In this document: positions 54,047 through 62,935 of the stretch, in pieces
Layout: every line of letters starts with the position of its first letter
Numbering within the stretch: position 1 is the first letter of the stretch
NCBI GenBank assembly: GCA_035295545.1
Contig: DATGIT010000009.1
Span: 140,823 to 204,822 of the forward strand
Reading direction: 5' to 3'
DNA length: 64,000 nt
Source: Candidatus Binataceae bacterium
Lineage (GTDB): Bacteria; Desulfobacterota; Binatia; Binatales; Binataceae
Made by a program: the position numbers and the translations under genes
Notes under the pieces: generated by a model
The model's input: only the letters and a program-made list of their open reading frames with translations
Databases searched by the model: none
What the model was told of the DNA's origin: nothing

Positions 54047-54292
54047 TTATTTGGCGAGCACCTGCGCGCCGGCCTCCATCCGCGAGCGCCAGAGATCGAT
54101 CGCCTCGACGTTGAAGCGCCAGTCGCTACCGACGCGAAATGCGGGCAACTCGTTACGTTTGAGCAGCCGATAGACCGTCGATGGATGCACCCGCAGATAA
54201 TTGGATACGTCCTGTACGGTCATGACGCGCTGCGCGACCGTATCGAAGCCCGACGCCGCCTCTCGACTAACCTCATAATTGTTCATCTCCAA
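54047..54292 (-). CDS. Excisionase/MerR-type helix-turn-helix DNA-binding protein
   Basis: 81 aa. MTVQDVSNYLRVHPSTVYRLLKRNELPAFRVGSDWRFNVEAIDLWR is a typical Xis-family HTH. Confidence 0.6.
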   Translation of the reverse strand: MEMNNYEVSREAASGFDTVAQRVMTVQDVSNYLRVHPSTVYRLLKRNELPAFRVGSDWRFNVEAIDLWRSRMEAGAQVLAK

Positions 54293-54576
54293 CCCCCTGT
54301 TAGGCTTCGTGGTGCCGACGCCTCAAGCGAAAGTCGGGATGTCGCCGAAAAGACCAGACAGATACCCTCATCCACCCCAGCGTCATCAACCTCTAGCTGA
54401 CGCCCGATATTTTAGGCATTATTTCGCCAATGTGAACGCACGCGGCGATTGCCTATCAACAGCGGACAAATCCTGTTGATAACTTTGCCGATCCCGACGC
54501 TGACAGAGTCAGCATCACAGAAAGACGCCGCGACCCTGTTCTCGCCCTTGCGCAACCGCTTGGTTAGGAGAACCGC

Positions 54577-55593
54577 ATGAACTCTCATCGCTCCGACCCC
54601 AGCCCCTCACTGATGCAGGCGCTGAATGACATGATGTACGCTAGTTGGAGAGGGCTCGCCCTGGCCGCGGCGCTCGAGCTCGATTTCTTCGGCCATATCG
54701 CTGACGGAAAACACGGCGCGGAGCAGATCGCCGCCGCCGCGTCCGCATCCGAGCATGGCGTCCGGCGGCTGCTCGATGCTCTTTGCGGCATGGGCTATCT
54801 GAAGAAAACCGGGCGCGAATACCGGTTGCGGCCCATCGCGGCGGAACATCTCGTCCGCGGCAAGCCGCTTTACATGGGTGAAGCCGCCGGCATCGGTAAG
54901 ATGATGCTCGGCCCATGGTCGAGGTTGGCTGAGGCGGTGCAAACCGGGCGTCAGCTCAACACCGGGATTTCGCTCGCGGAGCGAGAGGCGTTTTTCTCCA
55001 AGCTGGTGCCCGCAATATTCCCGGCGAGCTTCGTGGCCGCAAGCGCCGCGGTCAAAAAAATTCCCGCCCGGCAGTTGAAGACGATGCGTCGTATTCTCGA
55101 TATCGGCGCCGGCGCCGCGGCGTGGTCTATACCCTTTGCCAAAGCGCTCAGGCAGGCCCGGGTCACAGTGGTCGATTACCCAGCCGTCACACAGGTCACC
55201 CGCGAGTATGCCGAAAAATTCGGCGTGGCGAGCCGCTACGATTACAAACAAGGAGATTTTCACGAGATCGATTTCGGATCCGGATTCGACCTGGCGCTAC
55301 TCGGTCACATCGTACACGGTGCCGGAGCGGCTCTGGGCAGGAAGCTGCTCAGGAAAACCTGTCAGGCGCTGAGAAAAGGCGGCATGCTGCTGATCGGCGA
55401 GTTCGTTCCCAACAACGATCGCAACGGTCCCGCGCTGCCATTGCTTTTTGGATTGAACATGCTGCTGGCCACTCCATCGGGGGACGTATTCACCATGGCC
55501 GAGTATCGCGCATGGCTCAAGGAGGCTGGTTTCAGCAAAGCTGCCACGCTGGCGGTGCCGCACGTATCACCGTTGATCCTCGCCACCAAATGA
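54577..55593 (+). CDS. Class I SAM-dependent O-methyltransferase (with N-terminal dimerisation/winged-helix domain)
   Basis: RILDIGAGAAAWSIPFA...VTVVDYPAV...GDFHEIDFGSGFDLALLGHIVHG. 338 aa. Confidence 0.75.
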   Translation: MNSHRSDPSPSLMQALNDMMYASWRGLALAAALELDFFGHIADGKHGAEQIAAAASASEHGVRRLLDALCGMGYLKKTGREYRLRPIAAEHLVRGKPLYMGEAAGIGKMMLGPWSRLAEAVQTGRQLNTGISLAEREAFFSKLVPAIFPASFVAASAAVKKIPARQLKTMRRILDIGAGAAAWSIPFAKALRQARVTVVDYPAVTQVTREYAEKFGVASRYDYKQGDFHEIDFGSGFDLALLGHIVHGAGAALGRKLLRKTCQALRKGGMLLIGEFVPNNDRNGPALPLLFGLNMLLATPSGDVFTMAEYRAWLKEAGFSKAATLAVPHVSPLILATK

Positions 55594-55681
55594 ACTTGCC
55601 CGGCGAACAAGATCGCGGCGCGCGAGTCTCCGTTCCGTCGAACGGACAGTAATCACCGAAGACTCGCTCGCTGCGAATGCT

Positions 55682-56620
55682 TCAACGCCAGTCGTCCAGA
55701 AGATAGACGCCCGGACGGTTGTAACCCTCGTTGTTCGCGCGCTGCATCGCGATGCCGTGCATCTCGGTCCTGAACCCTCGACCAAGCAGATGCTTATAGC
55801 TTTCGATTCGACCGAGGTTGACACCTGCTCGGATTGTTCGAAGCTCGCGCGCGTCCGCGAATGATTCGCAAGCGTCGAGCAAATTTCCGAAGTGGTGCGA
55901 AGTTTGTACGCCTGGCCGCGCCGCGCCGAACTTGACATAACAATTGCCGCTCCCGGCTTCGGTGCCGGCGCCGACGTGACAAACGGCGAATGCCGTCACT
56001 TCCAAATCCTGCACGACCAGCAACGTATCGCCCAAATTCTGCGCCTCAACTGCCCGGACTTCCCGACCCACATCGAGCCCCGGATAAATCGCGTTCGTCA
56101 GGCTTGCGCATTGAGAAATCAACTTCTGCTGTTCGTCCCCGCTCGCTTCCGAATACAGCAAGAACTCCGTGCCGGCGGATTGGACTGGCGCTTTGGACAT
56201 AATCGCGGTGACGAAGCGTGGCCAAAAATCGAAATGCTGATACAGCGCCGCGTGCCCGGGACTGTTTGCGAACGTGAAAAGCCCGGTATGGCGGCTTCGC
56301 CATTGCGCGAACTGTGTCATCGCGGATTCCAGCAGCCGCTGCCCGATGCCTCGATTCCAGAATTTCGGATCCACCGAAAGCGGGCCAAAATAAGATACGC
56401 TGCCCCAACGGGTCGTGAAATTCGATCCGACGAGTCGGCCGTCCAGTTCAGCCCCAAAGGCGCCCTTCGGGTCTGTTCGCCACCTGGTCCGAACCAAATC
56501 GCGGTCGCCGAAATTCGAGTGAGGCTCCTTTAGTCCGAGATATGTGTCAAATGCGAGCCGCAGGATCCTGTCGGCCTCATCCAAATCCTTTTCCTCGAGC
56601 GGGCGGATTCGAAGCGTCAC
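55682..56620 (-). CDS. GNAT-family N-acetyltransferase (tandem GNAT-like halves)
   Basis: MTLRIRPLEEKDLDEADRILRLAF...GRLVGSNFTTRWGSVSYFGPLSVDPKFWNRGIGQRLLE (acetyl-CoA-binding R/Q-x-x-G-x-G/A motif). 312 aa. Confidence 0.65.
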   Translation of the reverse strand: MTLRIRPLEEKDLDEADRILRLAFDTYLGLKEPHSNFGDRDLVRTRWRTDPKGAFGAELDGRLVGSNFTTRWGSVSYFGPLSVDPKFWNRGIGQRLLESAMTQFAQWRSRHTGLFTFANSPGHAALYQHFDFWPRFVTAIMSKAPVQSAGTEFLLYSEASGDEQQKLISQCASLTNAIYPGLDVGREVRAVEAQNLGDTLLVVQDLEVTAFAVCHVGAGTEAGSGNCYVKFGAARPGVQTSHHFGNLLDACESFADARELRTIRAGVNLGRIESYKHLLGRGFRTEMHGIAMQRANNEGYNRPGVYLLDDWR

Positions 56621-56896
56621 GCCAAGCCTCGTTACAGCGGCGCCGAATAAAATGATCGCGCGGGGACCCGATGAGCCCGATCCCGGCCATACAAGTCCTC
56701 AAGCGCGGACAATATCGGTCGTGGGGGCCGGAAGCCAACCGAAATCGACCTGCGCGAACCCAAAACTGCGATCCGGGCAGGGCTGAGTGCGTTGTGCCGG
56801 GTCTTGAGCGGATTTCCCGGCGGTGGTTGGCCGGGTCTATCCGGTAAAACGAGCCCCGCGATAAGCGCCGAGGGCTCTTATCGCGCGGCTTGAGAA

Positions 56897-57223
56897 TTAT
56901 TCCGCATTTCCCGACGGCTTGTAATATGCAACCAGGTCCGCCTTTTTGGACTTTCTCGAGGTCTTGTCGCCGTCGAGATGAACGCAGACGTGGATCGCAG
57001 GTTTGCCTCGCATCACCGGCGACGCTTTCTGGCGCGGGATTTCGATTCCCAGCTTGTCGGTTTCTCCGACGTACAGAGGCTGGTGCTGGCCCTTGTCGTT
57101 TTCCGCGGCAAACACGTATACCGCGGCTACCTCGTCCTTGAAGACGCTGTTCGGGCTAAACACGCCGAAATTGTAAATCGTTCGGCTATCGCCGAAAAAA
57201 GTAGTATCTCCGATCTTGGCCAT
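56897..57223 (-). CDS. Hypothetical small protein with GIY-YIG-like motif
   Basis: AAVYVFAAENDKGQHQPLYVGETDKLGIEIPRQ...H resembles GIY-(10-11 aa)-YIG-x-T...R...H. Lies in a low-GC patch. Confidence 0.3.
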   Translation of the reverse strand: MAKIGDTTFFGDSRTIYNFGVFSPNSVFKDEVAAVYVFAAENDKGQHQPLYVGETDKLGIEIPRQKASPVMRGKPAIHVCVHLDGDKTSRKSKKADLVAYYKPSGNAE

Positions 57224-57482
57224 GATGCTACAACTCTCACGTGGGCATTGCTCACACATCTCGGACGAAAAACTTTGACGAGCCCACCGCGTGAACTATT
57301 CACAGCAGACGTTTCGCCTTGCTTAGAACTCGCTGCCCGTCCTTCAACATCTCGAGCTCGATCTGTTTCAAAAAGCACGGCCTCGTTCACCAACGGAGTT
57401 CGACAGGCTTGCCCATCGACGCTGTGGGTGATTCGCGAGCAGTCCAGAACGTCGGATACGGAAATCAGCGGCCGCATTCGGT

Positions 57483-58160
57483 TCAGGCGTGGACACTTGC
57501 CTTGTCGGTCACGTGATTCGTGGGATGAATGCGCCGGATCCGCTCCATCTCGTCGTGCTCCGCTCTGTCGCGGACGGCAGCAGACTCGCCGAGCGGCATA
57601 TCCTCGTAGAGACTGGTGGCGTTATAGATAGCGGCGAAAGACGCGTAGGCCGCAATGAGTCCGGATATTATCGCCCCGATACCTGCGATGATGGTCAGGA
57701 CGTCGACGCCGGTGAACATCGCAATGCCCCTTAACCCGAAAGCGATCCACAAGAACAAGAGGGCCAAATTGAAGGCGATGAATTCATAGAACGAGGCGAT
57801 CCAGAGATAAAGCGTGACAACGCCAGTAACGATGAATATAAGCGCTATGCCATCCGCGGTGGCCGCCGTCGCTGCAGTCAGGCCGAGCAACCGCATATGC
57901 GCCAATCCCCACCATCCGAAGAACACGCCGAGAAACGAAAACGCCGTGGCAGCCAACGCGTCGCCGTACGCGAACGCCCACATACCAGCGAGCAGCTCAG
58001 CCAGGCCTCCAAACAGCAATGCTTGCAGGAGATATGGCGACCACGATGAAAGGGGCTGAAAAATAAAAGCCACGCCCATGAGAAAAGTAGTAGTTGCCAG
58101 GGCGGCTAATCCGAGAGGAATTGGGCTCGCAAGTCCTTTATCTTTCCCGGGTCTCAGCAT
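57483..58160 (-). CDS. GPR1/FUN34/YaaH (SatP) family acetate/succinate-proton symporter
   Basis: LASPIPLGLAALATTTFLMG matches the family signature NPAPLGL. Six predicted TM helices. 225 aa. Confidence 0.75.
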   Translation of the reverse strand: MLRPGKDKGLASPIPLGLAALATTTFLMGVAFIFQPLSSWSPYLLQALLFGGLAELLAGMWAFAYGDALAATAFSFLGVFFGWWGLAHMRLLGLTAATAATADGIALIFIVTGVVTLYLWIASFYEFIAFNLALLFLWIAFGLRGIAMFTGVDVLTIIAGIGAIISGLIAAYASFAAIYNATSLYEDMPLGESAAVRDRAEHDEMERIRRIHPTNHVTDKASVHA

Positions 58161-58290
58161 TTTAATACTCCTAAGCTAGGTTGCACTTGTCCGCTTGCGT
58201 TCGCGCACCAATACCTTCCCTTGCCCACCTGCTGCCAAACACGGTCTCTAGCGGGCGCGGTCTGCAGCTCGCCGGTCATCATCACTATTC

Positions 58291-58306
58291 TGCAAAAATC
58301 CTGCCG
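58291..58306 (-). promoter_or_regulatory. Candidate sigma-54 (-24/-12) promoter reading toward the SatP-like gene
   Basis: The minus strand reads CGGCAG-GATTT-TTGCA (GG-N10-GC with TTGCA). It lies ~130 nt upstream of the SatP start. A sigma-54 activator is encoded 1.3 kb away. Confidence 0.3.
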
Positions 58307-58558
58307 CTTCGAAGTGTCCAGCCAAACGGACGGTTTGAATCGATACCGCATCTGAATTCCGGTGCGGCTGTGGCGCTTTCTCCACAGTTGGCGCCGTCAC
58401 TCGTCAGGCCAAATCTCCACAGTCCCTCGCGATCGTTTGCCGCATACACTGTCTCAAGCTTCGCGTTCGACTGGCAGCGTACTTGCTCCGGGCTCAATTT
58501 TTCTCGGTGAGCGCGACGAAGATCGTTCAGTCAACCTGCGGTTTGGAAGTTAGTCAGT

Positions 58559-59494
58559 ATGAATTCAGAAGATCGTCTGGCGATTATTCTGGCGAGCAGC
58601 GATCGGAAGAAACGGCGATTATCAGCAGCCCGCATTGGCGCTGCCTATGCGCCTGACCAGTTCCGCCGTTCGGTCGGCGGGTCTACGGTCTTTGAGCAGA
58701 CTCGCCGGCGAGTCGCGCTCGCGTTCTCTGCCGAACAAACCATGATTGTGGTCACCCGCTCTCATACGCACCTGTACGAGGATCTGCTTTCGGATGTGCC
58801 GCCGAGCAGACTGGTAGTGCAGCCGCGAAACCGTGGAACGGCCGCGGCAACGCTGTACGCGCTGTTGCACGCGGAGAAAATGGTTCCGAATCCGACGGTT
58901 GCGGTGTTTCCATCGCATCACTACGTGGGCGACGACGCGGCCTTCATGCGGCATGTGGATCTCGCGTTTGAAGGAGTCAGGGTGCGTCCTGATCTTTCGA
59001 TTCTGCTGGGTGCGAGCCCTGGCGCTCCCGGAGATGATTATTGCTGGATTGAGATGGGAGAACGAGTCTACGAGTATTTACAGCTATTTCAAATTCGCAA
59101 CTTTTGGCAAAAGCCTTCTCATGCGCTGGCGATGCGATTGTGGCAGGCAGGATGCCTGTGGAACAGTTCAATAGTAGTGGCTCGCCTGCCGGTGCTGTTA
59201 GCATTGATGAGGAAGTTGCTGCCGCAACTGGCGGCGTCATTCGATGAACTGCTCCCGACTATCGGTACGGAAAAGGAAACCGGCGCAGTCGAGGCGGTAT
59301 ATGACACAATCATCGATCGCGATTTTTCGCATGAGGTCTCGGCGAAACATCCTCAGAACCTGGCGGTGCTTCCCGTCTCTGGAATTGAATGGAAGGATCT
59401 CGAAAAATCCCACCCTGCGATCGTGGCTTCGCTTCCCGCCGGAACTCGCGCCCGTCGGCAGGGCAGCGCGTGGTCTCGCCGCCGTCGCAAGTGA
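58559..59494 (+). CDS. Sugar-phosphate nucleotidyltransferase-like protein (mannose-1-phosphate guanylyltransferase-like) with degenerate glycine-rich loop
   Basis: IILASSDRKKRRLSAARIGAAYAPDQF...VQPRNRGTAAATLYALL...VFPSHHYVGDDAAF follows the ManC/GT-A NTP-transferase pattern, but LAGGxGTRL is replaced by LASSDRKKRRL. Confidence 0.5.
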   Translation: MNSEDRLAIILASSDRKKRRLSAARIGAAYAPDQFRRSVGGSTVFEQTRRRVALAFSAEQTMIVVTRSHTHLYEDLLSDVPPSRLVVQPRNRGTAAATLYALLHAEKMVPNPTVAVFPSHHYVGDDAAFMRHVDLAFEGVRVRPDLSILLGASPGAPGDDYCWIEMGERVYEYLQLFQIRNFWQKPSHALAMRLWQAGCLWNSSIVVARLPVLLALMRKLLPQLAASFDELLPTIGTEKETGAVEAVYDTIIDRDFSHEVSAKHPQNLAVLPVSGIEWKDLEKSHPAIVASLPAGTRARRQGSAWSRRRRK

Positions 59495-59617
59495 AGCAGG
59501 ATACTCGCGAGGGCGCGCTTCGATCCGTCGCCGCTTAATGAACGACTCGACTACCTAGCCGATTGCGCCTTAGTGCCTCGTGCGGAGGCTCCGCGACTCG
59601 CCGCGTCAGAAACGACG

Positions 59618-60991
59618 ATGGCATCAGACATTCTGGTTCTCGATCCCGATCAAGTCGCGCTCGAAGCTTTGGCGAGAGACCTGAGATCTCTGGGGCACCG
59701 AATCTTCGCCACGCCGGATTCCGAGCAAGCTCGCGCGATTGCGGAATCCAGGCATCCTGAATTGCTCCTGTGTGACGCTCGCGCGCTGTCTGGCCGCGGC
59801 TCGAAGTTGATATTGGTTTTTCGCGACGTCGATGCGGACCTGCCGATCGTCGTGCTGACCACCCTCGACACGGTAGAAGCAGCCGCACAGGCCGTGCGAG
59901 ATGGCGCGTTGTTTTATCTGCTCAGGCCATTCACGCCTGACAATCTCAGGGTGGCCGTGGAGAGGAGCTTCAGACGGCGGCAGCGCGATTGCGAGGCGCC
60001 CGCCTTCGACCGCTCGCCAGGGCAGGTAAACTCGGCCGAAGTCATCGTGGGCGCGAGCCACGCGTTGCAGCGGGTGCTGGAGTTGGCCGGTACGGTAGCA
60101 AGGTCCGATGCGAATATTCTGATTTTCGGAGAGTCGGGGACGGGCAAAGAGTTGTTCGCGAGAGTGATCCACACGTGCAGCCTGCGATCGGCGGGCGTTT
60201 TCATTCCTGTGGACTGCGCGTCTCTGCCCGAGAATCTACTCGAGGCGGAATTGTTCGGTTACGAAAAAGGGGCGTTCACCGGCGCCGCGCATACCAAACC
60301 AGGTTTGATGGAACTGGCTAATCGAGGCACCTTGTTCTTCGACGAGATAGCGGAACTTCCGATGAACTTGCAGCCCAAATTGCTGCGCGCGCTTCAGGAG
60401 CGTCGGCATCGCAGGCTCGGAGGTACGAGAATCGTCGAGTTCGACGTGCGCGTGGTCTCGGCGACGAACCGCGATTTGCGCGCGCAGGTGGCGCAGCGGC
60501 TCTTTCGCCAGGACCTCTTTTATCGCTTGAACGTCGTTCCGTTGCATCTGCCGCCGCTGCGCATGCGCGACAAGGACGTCGTTCTGCTGGCGAATCACTT
60601 TCTACAGCAATGCAGCCGTAAAAACCTTTCGGCTCCGAAACGCTTTGCTCCCGAGGTGCTCGGATTGTTCGAGCACTGCCCGTGGCCGGGCAATGTCCGC
60701 GAACTGCAGAATGTCGTCGAATACAGTTGTGCCGTGGCTCGCACGGAAACCATCACCCTGCAGGATCTTCCCGCCGAGCTGCAGATGTACGATCCGCAAA
60801 CGATCGACGAGCCGCCAAGTCTGCCGGCTCCGACCTTCAAGCTGGCCAAGGCGCGCTTCGAAGCGGGCTATGTCGCTGAGTTGTTGAAGCGGCACGACAA
60901 CAATGTCAGCCAGGCTGCCAAAGCCGCCGGCGTCGACCGGAAAACGTTTTACGCCCTTCTTCAAAAGCATCATATTTCCCCTCGCCAGTAA
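59618..60991 (+). CDS. Sigma-54-dependent response regulator (NtrC family: REC + AAA+ sigma-54 activator + Fis-type HTH)
   Basis: - REC: ILVLDPDQVALEALARDL.
- AAA+: ILIFGESGTGKELFARVIH.
- GAFTGA motif: ELFGYEKGAFTGA.
- HTH: NVSQAAKAAGVDRKTFYALLQKH. Confidence 0.9.
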   Translation: MASDILVLDPDQVALEALARDLRSLGHRIFATPDSEQARAIAESRHPELLLCDARALSGRGSKLILVFRDVDADLPIVVLTTLDTVEAAAQAVRDGALFYLLRPFTPDNLRVAVERSFRRRQRDCEAPAFDRSPGQVNSAEVIVGASHALQRVLELAGTVARSDANILIFGESGTGKELFARVIHTCSLRSAGVFIPVDCASLPENLLEAELFGYEKGAFTGAAHTKPGLMELANRGTLFFDEIAELPMNLQPKLLRALQERRHRRLGGTRIVEFDVRVVSATNRDLRAQVAQRLFRQDLFYRLNVVPLHLPPLRMRDKDVVLLANHFLQQCSRKNLSAPKRFAPEVLGLFEHCPWPGNVRELQNVVEYSCAVARTETITLQDLPAELQMYDPQTIDEPPSLPAPTFKLAKARFEAGYVAELLKRHDNNVSQAAKAAGVDRKTFYALLQKHHISPRQ

Positions 60992-61064
60992 TCGTTATGG
61001 CGCGTGCATTCACGACTGGTCCGAGCTACGATGCAGGTTTATTCGGCGCGGAGACGCGGCAGCT

Positions 61065-61445
61065 ATGATCGAACACGTATCGGTTCCGGTAAGCGATTAC
61101 AAAAAATCCAAGCGATTCTACCTGGCGGCGCTCAAGCCTCTGGACTACGTCCTGCAGCGCGACTACCCGGCTGAAGCTGCGGGTTTTTGCGAAGGCGATT
61201 CGACCAGCTTCTGGATCGTCGTCAAGCAGAGAAAAGTACAGCCCATTCACGTCGCCCTGCGAGGGCCCAGCAAAAGGTCTGTGCAACGATTTTATGCGCA
61301 AGCCCTGAAAGCCGGCGGCAAGGACAACGGCGGCCCCGGTTTTCGCCGACAGTACGGCGATGACTACTACGCCGCTTTCGTGCTCGATCCCGACGGCAAT
61401 AATATAGAAGCGTGCTTTTTCGGCGAGACGGCGCCGCCCGAGTAA
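61065..61445 (+). CDS. VOC (glyoxalase/bleomycin-resistance/dioxygenase) family protein
   Basis: MIEHVSVPVSDYKKSKRFYLAALKP...YAAFVLDPDGNNIEACF. 126 aa. Confidence 0.7.
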   Translation: MIEHVSVPVSDYKKSKRFYLAALKPLDYVLQRDYPAEAAGFCEGDSTSFWIVVKQRKVQPIHVALRGPSKRSVQRFYAQALKAGGKDNGGPGFRRQYGDDYYAAFVLDPDGNNIEACFFGETAPPE

Positions 61446-62060
61446 AAGGATGGCGCCAATATGGGTGTCAACGCGATAGATTGTGTGCGCGCCAGTTGAA
61501 TCACGTCGATCGCCGGCCCGAATTCCGGTCTGCGGCGGCCAGTCTCGCAAACGTTGTCGACCATATGCCCAATGATATGCGATACCAGCATCGCCGTGCT
61601 CAATGCCGGGTAAACCGCCATAACGCGGGTGGTAAAGGCATAATGTCCGAAAACGCCGACCGCAGCCGCCTGCATCGGACCGAAACCGACCGGCTTAATA
61701 GGCACTCCGCCCGAGGCAATGATCGCCGGAGTGGTCGCACAGACGATCGACAGCGGAACGAAAAGGCGCGCATGCTCACATAGTAAATCAAGGCTGTGGC
61801 GCGAAAATGCATCAGTTCGAAATAGTCAGTCGGAGCATGAAAATAGGAGAGCATCCTGCTGAACAGCAGGTTTCGCCGAAGAACCAGGTCGCAAACGAAG
61901 CCAGTGTGGCTGGAAAAAGCCAGGCGAGATTGGCCCAGGCCAGCACGCTTATCAGCCTATAAAACGGAATCCCGCCCAGCTCGTACCAGACGATTGCACT
62001 GGCCAGGCAACAGGGCAGACCGCGCTTAGCGACTCCTCGTGCCGTTTCCGCCAGGGGATT
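61440..62060 (-). pseudogene. Probable frameshifted remnant of a membrane transporter gene
   Basis: Minus-strand translations in three different frames give consecutive hydrophobic transporter-like pieces (VWYELGGIPFYRLISVLAWANLAWLFPATLASFATWFF; LSYFHAPTDYFELMHFRATALIY; LFVPLSIVCATTPAIIASGGVPIKPVGFGPMQAAAVGVFGHYAFTT...). No single intact ORF spans them. Confidence 0.35.
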
Positions 62061-62935
62061 AGTTGATCGCGCCGATTACGTGATGAGTCGGCATTGTTCC
62101 CAATGGCGACCGGGCTTCCACTTCGCTGCCTGGCTCGCCCGTCGGGTACCGCGCGATGCCTGCGAATTTGGCCCATCGTATGAAACGGCTATCGATTGCG
62201 GTCGTAATCTGGCGGAAGTATGCGGGGAGACCGGCGCCCGCAGCAGGCAAGAAGTGCGTGGCTAAGGTCCATTCGCTCGGAGTAGCGATGACCTTCAACC
62301 GGCCGCTGGGCACACGTGCGGCCGAAGCCGAACCCTGTTTATAACCGCGGAGTTTTGGCTGTAAAATTCAAAGGACTCCTTGCAATTGCAGCGATTTTTC
62401 TACTATCGTCCTGCATCTGTGTTGCCGGCATACGAGACCAACAATCGGCATTGGCGTCGACGCGACTGATGGGGTCAAGGTTGTCAGCATATTCATCGAT
62501 AGACGGCGTGCGGGTGAGCAGGACACGGCTCGGCGGCGACGCGGAGAACCCTACGAGGCCGAGTTACGCTTGATTCGATGCTTCGAGACGCCTGTGTCGA
62601 TCGCGGCTGGGCGCGAGGTGCGCCCTTATGCGAGCGGCGGCTGCCTTAATGGGCGCCGGGCCGCGGGAAAATGGTGGGCATCGTTTCGATGCCAGTGGAA
62701 CACGCGCTACCGGTCTCTTCACGATGCCTAGCGCCGGCAGGCATAATCGGCTGCGCAGAACTGAAGTCTTCGGCTATGCGGAGGTCGCTTGCGATGCGAC
62801 CTCATTATACGACTGCTGAATGATTGCTGCCCTTCGAGCGGGCCATGCAGCCGCCGCTCCAGGCGTGGACAAATCTGGAGCCGCGTCAGCGGGGATGTGG
62901 AGAGAGCCAACGCCTGGTGTGACTCGATGCGTCAG

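Noticed and set aside
58160-58558. tRNA or other RNA gene in the 400-bp gap
   Set aside because: No T-loop-like GGTTCGAATCC motif and no cloverleaf-compatible complementarity by eye. More likely promoter and regulatory DNA.
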